NCBI GenBank assembly: GCA_965203555.1
Contig: CBDBCY010000004.1
Coordinates: 2,496,001-2,560,000, forward strand
DNA from: Acidimicrobiia bacterium
Lineage (GTDB): Bacteria; Actinomycetota; Acidimicrobiia; Spongiisociales; ZC4RG35
Length of the DNA stretch: 64,000 bases
Direction of reading: 5' to 3'
Shown: one piece after another, positions 45,421-56,027 of the stretch
How positions within the stretch are numbered: position 1 is the stretch's first letter
How the letters are laid out: every line of letters starts with the position of its first letter
Program-made: the position numbers and the translations under genes
The notes under the pieces: model-generated
What the model was told of the DNA's origin: nothing
The model's input: the letters and a program-made list of their open reading frames with translations, nothing else
Databases searched by the model: none

Positions 45421-48021
45421 CTATGCCGACTCTGCCCGGCGGCGGTGCCACTTTTCCCACAGGGCCAGCATTGACGGCAACACCAGTATCGCGGCGATGA
45501 GGGACAGTCCGACCGCGTAGACCGTTACCTGACCCATCTGCTGGAAGGGCGTGAGCCTGGAACTGATCAGGATCCCGAATCCGGCCATAGTGGTGAAAGC
45601 GGATCCTGCCAGTGCCCCGCCCGTGTGGCGAGATGTCGAGCGCAGAGCGTCATTGAGGTGCTCGAAGCGGGCCCGATCCTCCCCGAATCGACGGGCGATA
45701 TGGATCGTGTACGGTACCCCGATTCCGATTGACAGGGCGGACAGGGTGGCAGTTACCGGTCCGAAGGGAATGCCGGTGGCGTACATCAGTCCATAGGTCC
45801 AGAACACGACCAGAGCCACAGGGACCATGGTGATCACCCCAAGGAACGGTCGGCGATTTTCGAACCAGAAGCTGATCATCAGCACCAGGGTGGCAACGAT
45901 CAGCGTAATGAGCAGCGATGTTGTTTGCGAATCGGCCAACTCTTTGACGATCAGATTGGTGATGATCTCGGTGGAGGTCGCTATCACGCTGATCCCCAGG
46001 TCGGACACCTCCGAGAAGTTCTCCAGAAGGTCGAGCCGCAGTTGTATCGCCCCGGTCTCGCCGGCCTGGGTTCCGATGTCGAAGAGCAGGGCGTCGTAGC
46101 CTGACCCGCTCCGATGGAGAACTCTCCCGGCCTCGTCGGGGGCCGCCTCGTACACGGCGTCCCAGACAGCGGTGACGTCCGCATCGGGGGGACCCTGCAG
46201 ATCGTCACCCAGATTGGCGGCCCGTGCGGCGGAGGCGACTATCTCCGAAGGCGGACCCTGGGGGCCTCCTCTGCTGAGCGAGTTGAGCATGGAAATCGGA
46301 GAGGTGACCGACGCGAAAGAGCCCGCGGGTGTCTGGAACACCAGTACGTTCTCTACGTCCGCCAATCCCGTATTGGCCGCCACCAGGGCGTTGTGAATCC
46401 GCGGTGTTGAAAGGTCCTCTCCCTCGATGAGCACGCTGGTGGATTCGCCCAAGCCTCCTCCGAATTCCTCCTGGAGGATTTCCAGAGCCCGGATTCCGGG
46501 AGCGTCGCCGGGCAGGAAGTCGGTGAATGAAAACCTGGTTTCCAGCTTGGAGAGTCCCCACACTCCCAGGCCCCCGAACACCAGGGCGACCAGAACCACG
46601 AGAACGGGAATCTTCTCCGCCAGTACCGAAGTCCGAGCTATCAGGGAAGGCAGGAAGCGTTCGGAGGAAGCCTTCATGCCCGCTACTGGCAGAGAGCCTT
46701 TGGATTCGACGTGGTGGTCCACTTTCCTGGCCAGGATCAGTACCCGCAGGAAGGCCCAGGAAAGCTTCCCTCTTCTCTCCGTTCGCCGATCAAGTATCTT
46801 GCGGGCCGCCGGAAAGAAGGTGAGCGTCAGGCCGAACGAGGCAAAAATTCCGATGGCCGCCAGGATCCCGAAGTCCTTCAATGCCGGTACCGGGTTGAAA
46901 ATGTTGGTGAGAAAACCGATAGCGGTGGTGACGGTGGCCAGGACCAGGGCTATTCCCACGGTTCCGATGGCCGTGCGAGCGGCGCCGTCCAGGTCCTGCC
47001 CGCGGCCTATCTCCTCTCGATAGCGGGAGGTGATGTGGATTCCGTAATCGACGCCCAATCCGATCAGGAGGATGGGAATGATCTGGGTCACGTTGTTGAA
47101 GGAAGCGATGACTCCGGCCCGTTCCAGCAACACCCCGATGCCCTGCATGAATGTTATGGCGGCGAAGATGGTGAAAAGAGTGAGGAGAGTATCGGCGAGG
47201 GTTCGGCGTCCCGACTGGATCAAAGCGCCCTTCCCGGCCGGCTTGAGCCAGTACACGAAACAAAGAATGACCAAGATGATCAGGGCGGCCATCCCGAACA
47301 GTCGTCCGATCTCGCTGCCGGCATCCCCGGAGTCTTCGAACAGCAGGTTGAAGCTGAAAGGAATGACCTCCAACCCATCGGGAGTGGGTATGGTTCGCAG
47401 GGCTTCCGCCACCTCCGAGTCGTTCGCTATGGCCTGATCGAATGCCTCTTCCTCGATCCCCACCGGCACCTTGGTGAACACCAGGATCAGGCCTGCCTGG
47501 GCCGTCGCCGCGGACGGGTCGCCGTTCTGGCTGACCAGGGAGGCGAACCGCGGGTTGGCCCGCGGTCCCGTCGTTGCCTCGATGTAGAGATTCTTCACGT
47601 CTTCATCGCTGGCTACCGTAACGCCCTTGCGGGTCGCCTGGGTTATGGCCGGATCGAGGTAGCTGAACGAGGCGCCCCTTCCCGGCACGAAGGAGAGGTT
47701 GTCGGACAGGGCCTCGCCGGCCAAGGCGGAATTGATGGCGGTCACCACCTCGTAGGCATCCTTGGTGAAGACGTTGCCTTCTTCCTTGCGAATAATCACC
47801 TGAAGGACGCTCTCCTGGGTGTCGTCGGCGCCGAACAACTCGCTGATTCTGTCAGAGGCCAGCAGTTCCGGGTTGTCAGGGGAAAGACCCTCGTTGCCCT
47901 GGCCTATCTCGACCTGAGTGGCCAGAGCTCCGAAAACTCCGAAGAGAACCAGCGTGGTTGTCACCACCGCCCAAGGCGCTGTGGACACCAAGAACGCGAA
48001 CGCCTTGACGAGTGCTCTCAT
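45421..48021 (-). CDS. MMPL/RND-superfamily transporter
   Basis: Two halves, with GLGVDYGIH and GIGVPYTIH, and many TM segments. Confidence 0.9.
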   Translation of the reverse strand: MRALVKAFAFLVSTAPWAVVTTTLVLFGVFGALATQVEIGQGNEGLSPDNPELLASDRISELFGADDTQESVLQVIIRKEEGNVFTKDAYEVVTAINSALAGEALSDNLSFVPGRGASFSYLDPAITQATRKGVTVASDEDVKNLYIEATTGPRANPRFASLVSQNGDPSAATAQAGLILVFTKVPVGIEEEAFDQAIANDSEVAEALRTIPTPDGLEVIPFSFNLLFEDSGDAGSEIGRLFGMAALIILVILCFVYWLKPAGKGALIQSGRRTLADTLLTLFTIFAAITFMQGIGVLLERAGVIASFNNVTQIIPILLIGLGVDYGIHITSRYREEIGRGQDLDGAARTAIGTVGIALVLATVTTAIGFLTNIFNPVPALKDFGILAAIGIFASFGLTLTFFPAARKILDRRTERRGKLSWAFLRVLILARKVDHHVESKGSLPVAGMKASSERFLPSLIARTSVLAEKIPVLVVLVALVFGGLGVWGLSKLETRFSFTDFLPGDAPGIRALEILQEEFGGGLGESTSVLIEGEDLSTPRIHNALVAANTGLADVENVLVFQTPAGSFASVTSPISMLNSLSRGGPQGPPSEIVASAARAANLGDDLQGPPDADVTAVWDAVYEAAPDEAGRVLHRSGSGYDALLFDIGTQAGETGAIQLRLDLLENFSEVSDLGISVIATSTEIITNLIVKELADSQTTSLLITLIVATLVLMISFWFENRRPFLGVITMVPVALVVFWTYGLMYATGIPFGPVTATLSALSIGIGVPYTIHIARRFGEDRARFEHLNDALRSTSRHTGGALAGSAFTTMAGFGILISSRLTPFQQMGQVTVYAVGLSLIAAILVLPSMLALWEKWHRRRAESA

Positions 48022-48273
48022 CGAACCTTGACTCCTTCCGGCCACCATCGCGGGGGTACGTGACTGCTCACGTACCGAGACTATGGTGATTTTCGCTCTA
48101 TATTGAATTGGATATATGGCAAGAGAGCGTCGCTGAAGGGTCCTTTACCTTCTGGTCCGGGTCGTGATAAACTGAGTGGATAATTTGAGGAGCCGACTAC
48201 AAACCACAGATAGTTTCTGCGTCGCGCTTTTCGGCCGTTTTTCTGATGTTTTCCGTGTGATCGGGGAAGTGGA

Positions 48274-49512
48274 ATGGCCGCGACGGTGACTGCTACGCTC
48301 TCCAGTTCCCAGAGGCAGTTGTTCGGTGGTGTTTACGATGACGAGCCTGCCCACGACGTTCATACTGAACTCGAGGGTTCCGGGGACCTGGAGTTGGTTG
48401 ACGATATTTCGTCGGAGCAGATTGGTCAAGATCCCGACCCGGCGCAGTACAACGAGAACGGATATGTGGAGATCGAGCCGTCAGGTTTCGTGGACTCCTA
48501 CAGCCCTCCGGCAATAGAGGGGGACTTTCGGGGCAAGCACATCGTCACCGTCGAGCAATTCGGCCGGGATGACCTGAGGGTTCTTTTCGAGGCGGCTTCC
48601 ACCTTGAAAAAACGGATCAGGTCCGGAGACAGGGGGGTGGTGGAGATCGCCACCGGTCAGGTCCTGGCGTTGCTGTTTTTCGAGTCCAGCACCCGGACCG
48701 ACATGTCTTTTCAAGCCGCCATGCTCAGATTGGGCGGCAAGGTGATCGGCGCCTCCAATGGCATCCAGTTTTCTTCCGTTTACAAGGGGGAGGACCTTCC
48801 CGACACCGTCAGAGCGGCGGGATGCTACGCAGACGTGATCGCCCTGCGACACCCGCAGGTGGGGGCGTCCTACCTCGCCGCCCACTACCTGGATTTGCTG
48901 GCCGAAAAGATTGGTCGGCGGTCGGTGGTGATCAGCGCCGGCGATGGCGTCGGGGAACATCCGACTCAGGCTCTCTTGGACCTGTTCACAATTCTGGAGT
49001 CCAAGGGAACGGTCGACGGGCTGGCCATCACGATGGTGGGGGATCTGAAACATGGCCGAACCGTTCACTCTCTGGCCAAGTTGCTGGCCACCTACGGGGC
49101 CAGGGAAACCAAGGTCAATTTCGTCTCGCCGCACTCATTGATGATGCCGACCGCCATCGTCCGGCGTTTGAAGGAAGCGAACATATCGGTGAGGGAGACC
49201 GCCGGCTTGGATGACGTGTTGGGCACATCGGAGGTGATCTACTGGACCAGGGTGCAGGAGGAGCGATTCGCCGATCCAGCCGACTACGATCAGGTCAAAG
49301 CGGGCTTCATAATGACCCCCGGCATCATGGATAGAGCCCGCAGGGACGCCATCTTGATGCACCCTCTGCCTCGCAAGCATGAGATGGGAGGCCCCAGCGA
49401 CCACGATTTGCTGGATGCTGACCCCCGTTCGGCCTATTTCCAGCAGATGGAGAATGGAATGCTGGTAAGGATGGCACTGTTGGCCAAGCTCCTCAAAGGG
49501 GTTCACATATAG
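48274..49512 (+). CDS. pyrB: Aspartate carbamoyltransferase with acidic N-terminal extension
   Basis: FFESSTRT, KGEDL.DT, GEHPTQALLD, GDLKHGRT, TRVQEER, MHPLP. Confidence 0.9.
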   Translation: MAATVTATLSSSQRQLFGGVYDDEPAHDVHTELEGSGDLELVDDISSEQIGQDPDPAQYNENGYVEIEPSGFVDSYSPPAIEGDFRGKHIVTVEQFGRDDLRVLFEAASTLKKRIRSGDRGVVEIATGQVLALLFFESSTRTDMSFQAAMLRLGGKVIGASNGIQFSSVYKGEDLPDTVRAAGCYADVIALRHPQVGASYLAAHYLDLLAEKIGRRSVVISAGDGVGEHPTQALLDLFTILESKGTVDGLAITMVGDLKHGRTVHSLAKLLATYGARETKVNFVSPHSLMMPTAIVRRLKEANISVRETAGLDDVLGTSEVIYWTRVQEERFADPADYDQVKAGFIMTPGIMDRARRDAILMHPLPRKHEMGGPSDHDLLDADPRSAYFQQMENGMLVRMALLAKLLKGVHI

Positions 49513-49581
49513 CGCCTGCACCAAGTTCGCCGCGGGCCGGCGGATGGCGTCGCGAGGGTGGCTTGAGAACCGGGGGATAAC

Positions 49582-50787
49582 ATGGGAACGGTGATCACCG
49601 AATTCCTGCTTCCCGACATCGGCGATGGGTTGACCGAAGCCGAAGTAGTGCGGTGGCTGGTGCAGGAGGGTGCCCAGGTCGACCGGGACGAGCCGCTGGT
49701 CGAGGTGGAGACCGACAAGGCGGTGGTGGTGATACCCTCCCCGGTGGCCGGGACCGTCCTCCGTCACGGGGCCGGGCAGGGTGAGACCATGGCGGTGGGG
49801 GCGGTGCTGGCTACGATCGCCTCACCCGGGGAGGAACCCTCCGATTCCGCCCCGCCCGGAGGGCCGCGGCGCCAAGAGCCTCGCCAACCGGAAAAATACC
49901 CGGCCGCGGGGACCCGGGAGGAGACTGCGGAAGTGAAAGCCCTGCCGGTGGTGCGTCGCCTCGCCCGGCAAAAGGGAGTTGACCTGGGGGCGGTACGCGG
50001 TTCCGGCCCGGGAGGTCGGATCACCCGGGAAGATGTCCTGGCTGCAGCCCGCCCGAGCAGAACTCCGCCTGCTGTCAGGCAACCACCCTCACCCCCACCG
50101 GCGACCGAGGGTGATGAACGACGGCCGCTCACCAGGCTGCAAAAGACCATCGCTGCCAATATGAGACGTTCGTGGTCGGAGATTCCGCACGTGACCACCT
50201 TCGACGAGGTGGACGCCACCCGGCTGATGGGGGCTCGGAAAGCTCTGGCGGGGCGGCATGGTTCGCCGGTGGCGGTCGACGCCATGGTTATAGCCGCGAT
50301 TATCCCGGCTCTCCGTCGGTATCCCGAGTTCAACTCCACCCTGGACGGCGGCTTTTTGTCGGTTCATTCCGCGTGTCACGTCGGAGTGGCGATCAACGCT
50401 GCGGATGGCCTGCTGGTCGGGGTGGTGCGCGACGCGGAACGAATGTCGATCATGCAGTTGGCGGTCGCAACCGCAAGTCTGGCGGAACGGGGCAAAGCCC
50501 GTACCCTCGGTTTGAGCGAACTCACCGGCCAGACCTTCACAGTCAGCAACATCGGCGCGCTGGGAGGTGGTTTCGGGACTCCCATAGTCCCACCCGACAA
50601 CACGGCCATCCTGGCAGTGGGGAAAGTCACCGACCAACCGCGGGTGGAAGGTGGAGAGGTGGTGGTGAGACCGATGATGCCCCTTTCACTCTCTTTCGAT
50701 CACCGGGTCATCGATGGGGCGTTGAGCCGGCGCTTCATGGATATGGTGATAGAGAATCTTTCGGAACCGGCCCTTTTCCTAGCCTGA
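49582..50787 (+). CDS. Dihydrolipoamide acyltransferase (E2)
   Basis: Lipoyl ETDKA, E3-binding [20 protein letters not shown]. Confidence 0.93.
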   Translation: MGTVITEFLLPDIGDGLTEAEVVRWLVQEGAQVDRDEPLVEVETDKAVVVIPSPVAGTVLRHGAGQGETMAVGAVLATIASPGEEPSDSAPPGGPRRQEPRQPEKYPAAGTREETAEVKALPVVRRLARQKGVDLGAVRGSGPGGRITREDVLAAARPSRTPPAVRQPPSPPPATEGDERRPLTRLQKTIAANMRRSWSEIPHVTTFDEVDATRLMGARKALAGRHGSPVAVDAMVIAAIIPALRRYPEFNSTLDGGFLSVHSACHVGVAINAADGLLVGVVRDAERMSIMQLAVATASLAERGKARTLGLSELTGQTFTVSNIGALGGGFGTPIVPPDNTAILAVGKVTDQPRVEGGEVVVRPMMPLSLSFDHRVIDGALSRRFMDMVIENLSEPALFLA

Positions 50788-50794
50788 GGAGACT

Positions 50795-52375
50795 ATGACT
50801 GAATACCTGATAACCGGACCTGCTACTTCCCATAGTGCGGAGGTCCTGACCACCGAAGCCGCATCTCTCGTCGCCGATGTCCATCGGGAATTCGACGCCC
50901 GTCGTCGGCAGTTGCTCGACATGAGGATGGAGCGGCAAGAAGACTTCGACCGCGGCGTTCGGCCCGACTTCCTGCCGGAGACGCGTTCTGTTCGCGAAGG
51001 GGAATGGATGGTGGATCCGGTCCCGGCCACCCTGGCTGATCGCAGGGTGGAAATAACCGGACCGGTTGACGCCAAGATGGTGATCAACGCCCTCAATTCG
51101 GGCGCCAAGATGTTCATGGCCGACTTCGAGGACGCCACGTCGCCCACCTGGGAAAACCTGGTGGAGGGTCAGTACAACCTGCTGGAAGCGCAACTGGGCA
51201 CCCTGAAGCTGGACACCCCCCGCAAGTCCTACCAACTGGCGGAGGACACGGCCACCCTGCTGGTGCGACCCAGGGGGTGGCACCTTCCCGAGAAACACTT
51301 CCAGGTGGATGGCCGGCCGGTTTCCGGCGCTCTGTTCGACTTTACTCTCTACATGTATCACGGCGGTCGCGCCGCCCTGGAAATGGGCAGTGGTCCGTTC
51401 TTCTACCTTCCCAAACTGGAGTCACATCTGGAGGCGCGTCTGTGGAACGACGTGATCTGCTACATATCGGAGCGGTTGGGGATTCCAGTGGGCACGGTCA
51501 AGGTCACGGTGCTGATCGAAACCATCACGGCTGCCTTCGAGATGGAAGAAATCCTCTATGAACTGCGAAACCACTCCGCAGGGCTGAATGCCGGCCGGTG
51601 GGACTACATATTCAGCTTCATCAAGAAGTTTCGCAACCATGCCGCCTACGTTCTGCCCGACCGGTCCCAGGTCACCATGACCGCGCCGTTCATGGACGCC
51701 TACACCGAATTGGGGGTGGCGACCTGTCACCGTCGCGGCGCTCATGCCATGGGCGGAATGGCGGCTTTCATCCCCAATCGCCGCGATCCGGAAGTGACCG
51801 AGAAGGCTTTGGCGGCGGTGGCGGCCGACAAACGGCGGGAAGCCGAGGCCGGCTGCGACGGCACCTGGGTGGCCCATCCCGATCTGATTCCGGTTGCGAT
51901 GGATGAATTCGATCGGGTCCTGGGAGACCGTCCCAATCAGCTGGATCGACAGCGAGATGATGTGGATGTCACGGCAGAAGATCTGTTGAACCCGCAGATC
52001 GAGGGTGGCGCCATAACCGAGGACGGGGTCAGGACCAACGTTTCGGTGGGCATCCGGTACATGGCCGCATGGCTGACCGGCCGAGGGGCCGCCGCGATAG
52101 ACAATCTGATGGAGGACGCAGCCACTGCTGAAATCTCCCGTTCCCAGATCTGGCAGTGGGTGCGTCACGGGGCTTGTCTTGACAGCGGCAGGGCGGTGAC
52201 GGCGACGATGGTGCGGGACATCGCGTCGGAGGAGTTGTCCCGAATCCGGGAAACCGTCGGTGAGGACAGCTACCGGGCAGGCCGTTTTCAGCGGGCCTGG
52301 GAGATATTCTCCGAGGTGGCCCTGGAGGACGAGTTCGTAGAGTTCCTCACCCTACCCGCCTATCCCGACCTCTAA
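50795..52375 (+). CDS. aceB: Malate synthase A
   Basis: [47 protein letters not shown]. Confidence 0.96.
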   Translation: MTEYLITGPATSHSAEVLTTEAASLVADVHREFDARRRQLLDMRMERQEDFDRGVRPDFLPETRSVREGEWMVDPVPATLADRRVEITGPVDAKMVINALNSGAKMFMADFEDATSPTWENLVEGQYNLLEAQLGTLKLDTPRKSYQLAEDTATLLVRPRGWHLPEKHFQVDGRPVSGALFDFTLYMYHGGRAALEMGSGPFFYLPKLESHLEARLWNDVICYISERLGIPVGTVKVTVLIETITAAFEMEEILYELRNHSAGLNAGRWDYIFSFIKKFRNHAAYVLPDRSQVTMTAPFMDAYTELGVATCHRRGAHAMGGMAAFIPNRRDPEVTEKALAAVAADKRREAEAGCDGTWVAHPDLIPVAMDEFDRVLGDRPNQLDRQRDDVDVTAEDLLNPQIEGGAITEDGVRTNVSVGIRYMAAWLTGRGAAAIDNLMEDAATAEISRSQIWQWVRHGACLDSGRAVTATMVRDIASEELSRIRETVGEDSYRAGRFQRAWEIFSEVALEDEFVEFLTLPAYPDL

Positions 52376-52395
52376 TTCTTTCGTAGGATTCTGCC

Positions 52396-54654
52396 ATGGC
52401 TCGATTCAGTGAAGCTCTGCGCTACCACTCCCATCCCCGACCGGGGAAGCTGGAGGTCAGGGCGACGAAGGCCACCCTGACCCAGGCGGACCTGAGTCTT
52501 GCCTACACGCCGGGGGTGGCCGAGCCGTGCCTGGCCATTCACGAGAATCCCCGGGAAGCCTTCGAGTACACCAATCGGGGAAACCTGGTGGCGGTGGTCA
52601 CCAACGGCACGGCGGTGCTGGGGCTGGGCAACATCGGGAGTCTGGCCTCCAAGCCGGTGATGGAAGGAAAAGGCGTGCTGTTCAAGAGGTTCGCCGATAT
52701 CGACGTCTATGACCTGGAGATCGACTCCGAGGATCCCGAGGATGTCATCCGCTTCTGCGAGTTGCTGGCGCCCACGGTGGGAGGTATCAACCTGGAGGAC
52801 ATCCGGGCGCCCGACTGCTTCTACATAGAGGAGGAACTGCGCCGGCGACTGGACATCCCGGTCTTCCATGACGACCAGCACGGCACGGCGATCATCGCCG
52901 GTGCGGGCCTGATCAACGCCGCCCTGCTGAGCGGGCGGCGCATCGAGGACATGAAAGTTGTGATCCTCGGCGCAGGCGCGGCGGGAGTGGCTACCGCCCA
53001 CTTCCTGTTCCGGCTGGGTTTCGACCCCCAACGGCTGTTGATGGTCGATTCACGGGGGGTGCTGGATTCGTCCCGTACCGACCTCGATCGCTCCAAGAAG
53101 GAGTTCGCCCGTGACACCGACGCCCGGACCCTGACCGAGGCGCTGGTGGGCGCCGACGCTCTGATCGGTCTGGCCCTGGGCGGGTTGGTCAAACCCCACA
53201 TGCTGGAGCCCATGAACCCCGAGCCGGTGGTATTCGCCCTGGCCAACCCCGACCCGGAGATCCCGTATCACGACGCCAAACGGGTTCGGCCGGATGCCTT
53301 TGTCGGCACCGGGCGCAGCGACTTTCCCAACCAGGTGAACAACGTCCTGGGATTTCCCTTCATCTTCCGGGGAGCGCTGGATGTCCGCGCCAGGGCCGTC
53401 AGCGAGGGAATGAAAGTGGCCGCCGCCCAAGCACTGGCGGTGCTGGCCAGGGAACCGGTTGCCGAGGCTGTTCTGGAGGCCTATCAGTTGAAGGAACTGT
53501 CCTTCGGCCCCGATTACCTTATTCCCAAGCCCTTCGACCCGCGAGTACTGACCACTGTGGCCCCGGCAGTAGCAGTTGCTGCCACGGAAGAGGGCCTGGC
53601 TCGGCTGCCCTGCAATATCGAGGAGTATCGCCAGCAATTGAGCGCAAGGCTCCGGCCTTCGCAGGGTTTGATCCAGGCCGTCACCATCCGGGCGCGCCAG
53701 TACCCGGCCCGGGTGGTGTTCCCCTATGGTGACGATGTTCGCCTGGTACGGACCGCCCGAAGGGTCCTGGATGAGCGAATCGGTCATCCGGTGCTGTTGG
53801 CCGATCGGGGGGTTGTCACTGAACTCTCGCAGGAGTTGGGTATCTCCCTCGATGGAATTAGGGTTGTCGATCCGATAAGCCAAGCTACCGAACGCGACCG
53901 TTACGCCACCAGGCTGCTGGAGTTGAGAGGTCACCGGGGCGTGTCGCGGGTCCACGCCGCCCGGATGGTCTTTGACCCCAATGTGTTCGCCGCGTTGATG
54001 GTGGAGTCGGGTGATGCCGACGTGTTGGTGGGGGGCCTTACCACCTTTTTCCCCGAAACGGTGCGACCGGCTCTGCAGATCATCAAGGTCAGGGAAGGTC
54101 GTTCGATCGCCAGTGCCCTCTACGTCGTTGTGACCGGCCGGGCCGCCTATTTCTTTGCTGACTGCGCGGTCAATATCTCACCCTCCGCCGGTGAGTTGGC
54201 CGAGATAGCCGCCTCGGCGGTGGAAGTAGCCCAGCACCAGTTCGGACGGGACCCCCGGGTGGCCTTCATCAGCTATTCGGACTTCGGGTCTGCTGCCGGT
54301 GACGAGCCGGCGCGGGTGCGCCAAGCCGTGGAATTGTTCCGTGATCGATGGCCGGAAACGCCGGTTGACGGGGAGATGCAGGCCGACACGGCGGTGGTGG
54401 AAGCTCTGCTGTCCGATCGGCGACCCGGAGGGCCCCTGAAGTTCCCGGCCAACATCCTGGTATTCCCCAACCTCACCGCCGCCAACAGCGCCTACAAATT
54501 GCTGGAACGGTTGGGCGACGCCGAGGTGATCGGGCCAATCCTGACCGGCCTCTCCCGATCGGTGCAGGTGCTGCAGAGAGACGCTTCGGTGGCCGAGATA
54601 GTCAATCTCACCGCCTACGCGGTGGCCGACGCTCACCGACTGAGGTTGGAGTAG
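52396..54654 (+). CDS. maeB: NADP-dependent malic enzyme with phosphotransacetylase-like domain
   Basis: [35 protein letters not shown]. Confidence 0.96.
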   Translation: MARFSEALRYHSHPRPGKLEVRATKATLTQADLSLAYTPGVAEPCLAIHENPREAFEYTNRGNLVAVVTNGTAVLGLGNIGSLASKPVMEGKGVLFKRFADIDVYDLEIDSEDPEDVIRFCELLAPTVGGINLEDIRAPDCFYIEEELRRRLDIPVFHDDQHGTAIIAGAGLINAALLSGRRIEDMKVVILGAGAAGVATAHFLFRLGFDPQRLLMVDSRGVLDSSRTDLDRSKKEFARDTDARTLTEALVGADALIGLALGGLVKPHMLEPMNPEPVVFALANPDPEIPYHDAKRVRPDAFVGTGRSDFPNQVNNVLGFPFIFRGALDVRARAVSEGMKVAAAQALAVLAREPVAEAVLEAYQLKELSFGPDYLIPKPFDPRVLTTVAPAVAVAATEEGLARLPCNIEEYRQQLSARLRPSQGLIQAVTIRARQYPARVVFPYGDDVRLVRTARRVLDERIGHPVLLADRGVVTELSQELGISLDGIRVVDPISQATERDRYATRLLELRGHRGVSRVHAARMVFDPNVFAALMVESGDADVLVGGLTTFFPETVRPALQIIKVREGRSIASALYVVVTGRAAYFFADCAVNISPSAGELAEIAASAVEVAQHQFGRDPRVAFISYSDFGSAAGDEPARVRQAVELFRDRWPETPVDGEMQADTAVVEALLSDRRPGGPLKFPANILVFPNLTAANSAYKLLERLGDAEVIGPILTGLSRSVQVLQRDASVAEIVNLTAYAVADAHRLRLE

Positions 54655-54738
54655 GCGGTAACAAGCGTTCGAACCGGGAGGGTTGACTGTCGAGTACCCG
54701 CTAATCTGAGGTTCGGGTTCGAAACTCCTAGAGACGCC

Positions 54739-55944
54739 ATGAGCAAGACTTTCCATATAACCAGGGTTACCGCCAGAAACTTCCGCAGCATCGCCCGGAC
54801 CTCATTCGATCTTGATCCCTTCACTGTGCTGGTCGGACCCAATGCTTCTGGCAAGAGCAATGCCATGGACATTCTACGATTCGTGAGAGATGCCCTGCGT
54901 TTCGACTTGGAGGCGGCTATTTCGATGCGGGGGGGCATCAAATCCATCAGATACAGGACGAGGGGGGGAAGACCACCTGATATGGAAATTGGTGTACGTG
55001 CACAGGGCGGTACCTTTGCCTTTGAATACGGTTTTGTCATAGCAGCAGACCAGAGGAAAGGCTATAGGGTAAAACGAGAATTGCTGGGCATACGCCAGAA
55101 GCAAGGAATCCCTTTTACGATACGAATAACAGAAGGCGAGGGTGAGTTGTTGTCACCCCGGGAACCCTCACAAGGTCTTGGTGTCAAGTTTGAGACAAAT
55201 AACCTGTCCTTGCGGCTTCTGACTTTGCCCATTTGGAAGAGTTCACAAGTAGGCGAGGATGACGAGACCATCAACAGGGCGACCTTCTGGCTCAACAGGG
55301 GGCTTAGAGATATGCATTTCTATCATATCTTCCCCAAAGATATCAGAGAACCTCAGAAACTCTCCTCAGATCTTCCATTGGCTGAGTACGGAGAAAACCT
55401 GGCTTCAGTGTTAAAGTATATGAGCAGAAGGTATCCGAAAGCTTTAGAGAGGCTTAGACTTGCCCTCTCACATTTGGTTTCTCACATATCGGATGTAAGA
55501 GTGTCATCCACGGGAGGCTATCTCGTAACTCGATTGCAACATGTGAATGGTGGAGAACCCAAAAAGTGGTTCGACCTATCCCAAGAGTCGGATGGCACGT
55601 TGCGATTGCTCGGACTCTTGGTTGCTCTGTATCAGCAACCTGTTCCTGGTGTTATCGGCATAGAGGAACCGGAATTTGCTATTCACCCCGGGGCACTGAC
55701 CGCACTGGGAGAGATATTGGAAGAAGCGGCATTGACATCGCAGATACTGATTACTACGCACAGTCCCGAACTAATAGACGAAGTACCTGTCGACAGTGTA
55801 CGGGTTGTGGATTCGACAGAGGGCGCCACGACCATCGGAAGAGTGTCGATCCATCAGGTTGAGGCCGTGCGCGAAAAACTGTTTCTTCCGGGTGAACTGC
55901 ATCGCATGGAAGGATTGCAGATGGCTGCTCCGTCGGGTGGCTGA
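54739..55944 (+). CDS. AAA/ABC-type ATPase (AAA_21/AAA_15-like)
   Basis: GPNASGKSN, ESDGTLR, IEEPE..IHP, ITTHSP; visibly lower GC than the flanks. Confidence 0.9.
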   Translation: MSKTFHITRVTARNFRSIARTSFDLDPFTVLVGPNASGKSNAMDILRFVRDALRFDLEAAISMRGGIKSIRYRTRGGRPPDMEIGVRAQGGTFAFEYGFVIAADQRKGYRVKRELLGIRQKQGIPFTIRITEGEGELLSPREPSQGLGVKFETNNLSLRLLTLPIWKSSQVGEDDETINRATFWLNRGLRDMHFYHIFPKDIREPQKLSSDLPLAEYGENLASVLKYMSRRYPKALERLRLALSHLVSHISDVRVSSTGGYLVTRLQHVNGGEPKKWFDLSQESDGTLRLLGLLVALYQQPVPGVIGIEEPEFAIHPGALTALGEILEEAALTSQILITTHSPELIDEVPVDSVRVVDSTEGATTIGRVSIHQVEAVREKLFLPGELHRMEGLQMAAPSGG

Positions 55945-56027
55945 GACTTCCACCATTATTCCCATCGTGGAGGGGAAAGGGGAATTGTCGGCTACTCCTG
56001 CCCTGCTGCGAAGAATACTCCATCAGA

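Noticed and set aside
48050-48273. PyrR attenuator or other ncRNA upstream of pyrB
   Set aside because: No PyrR-binding consensus or clear terminator/antiterminator is visible; it looks like an AT-rich divergent promoter region.
54700-54740. gggttcgaaactcc...cgcca resembles a tRNA T-loop/3' end (possible att site at the island edge)
   Set aside because: T-stem and acceptor stem do not pair, there is no cloverleaf, and no integrase is nearby.
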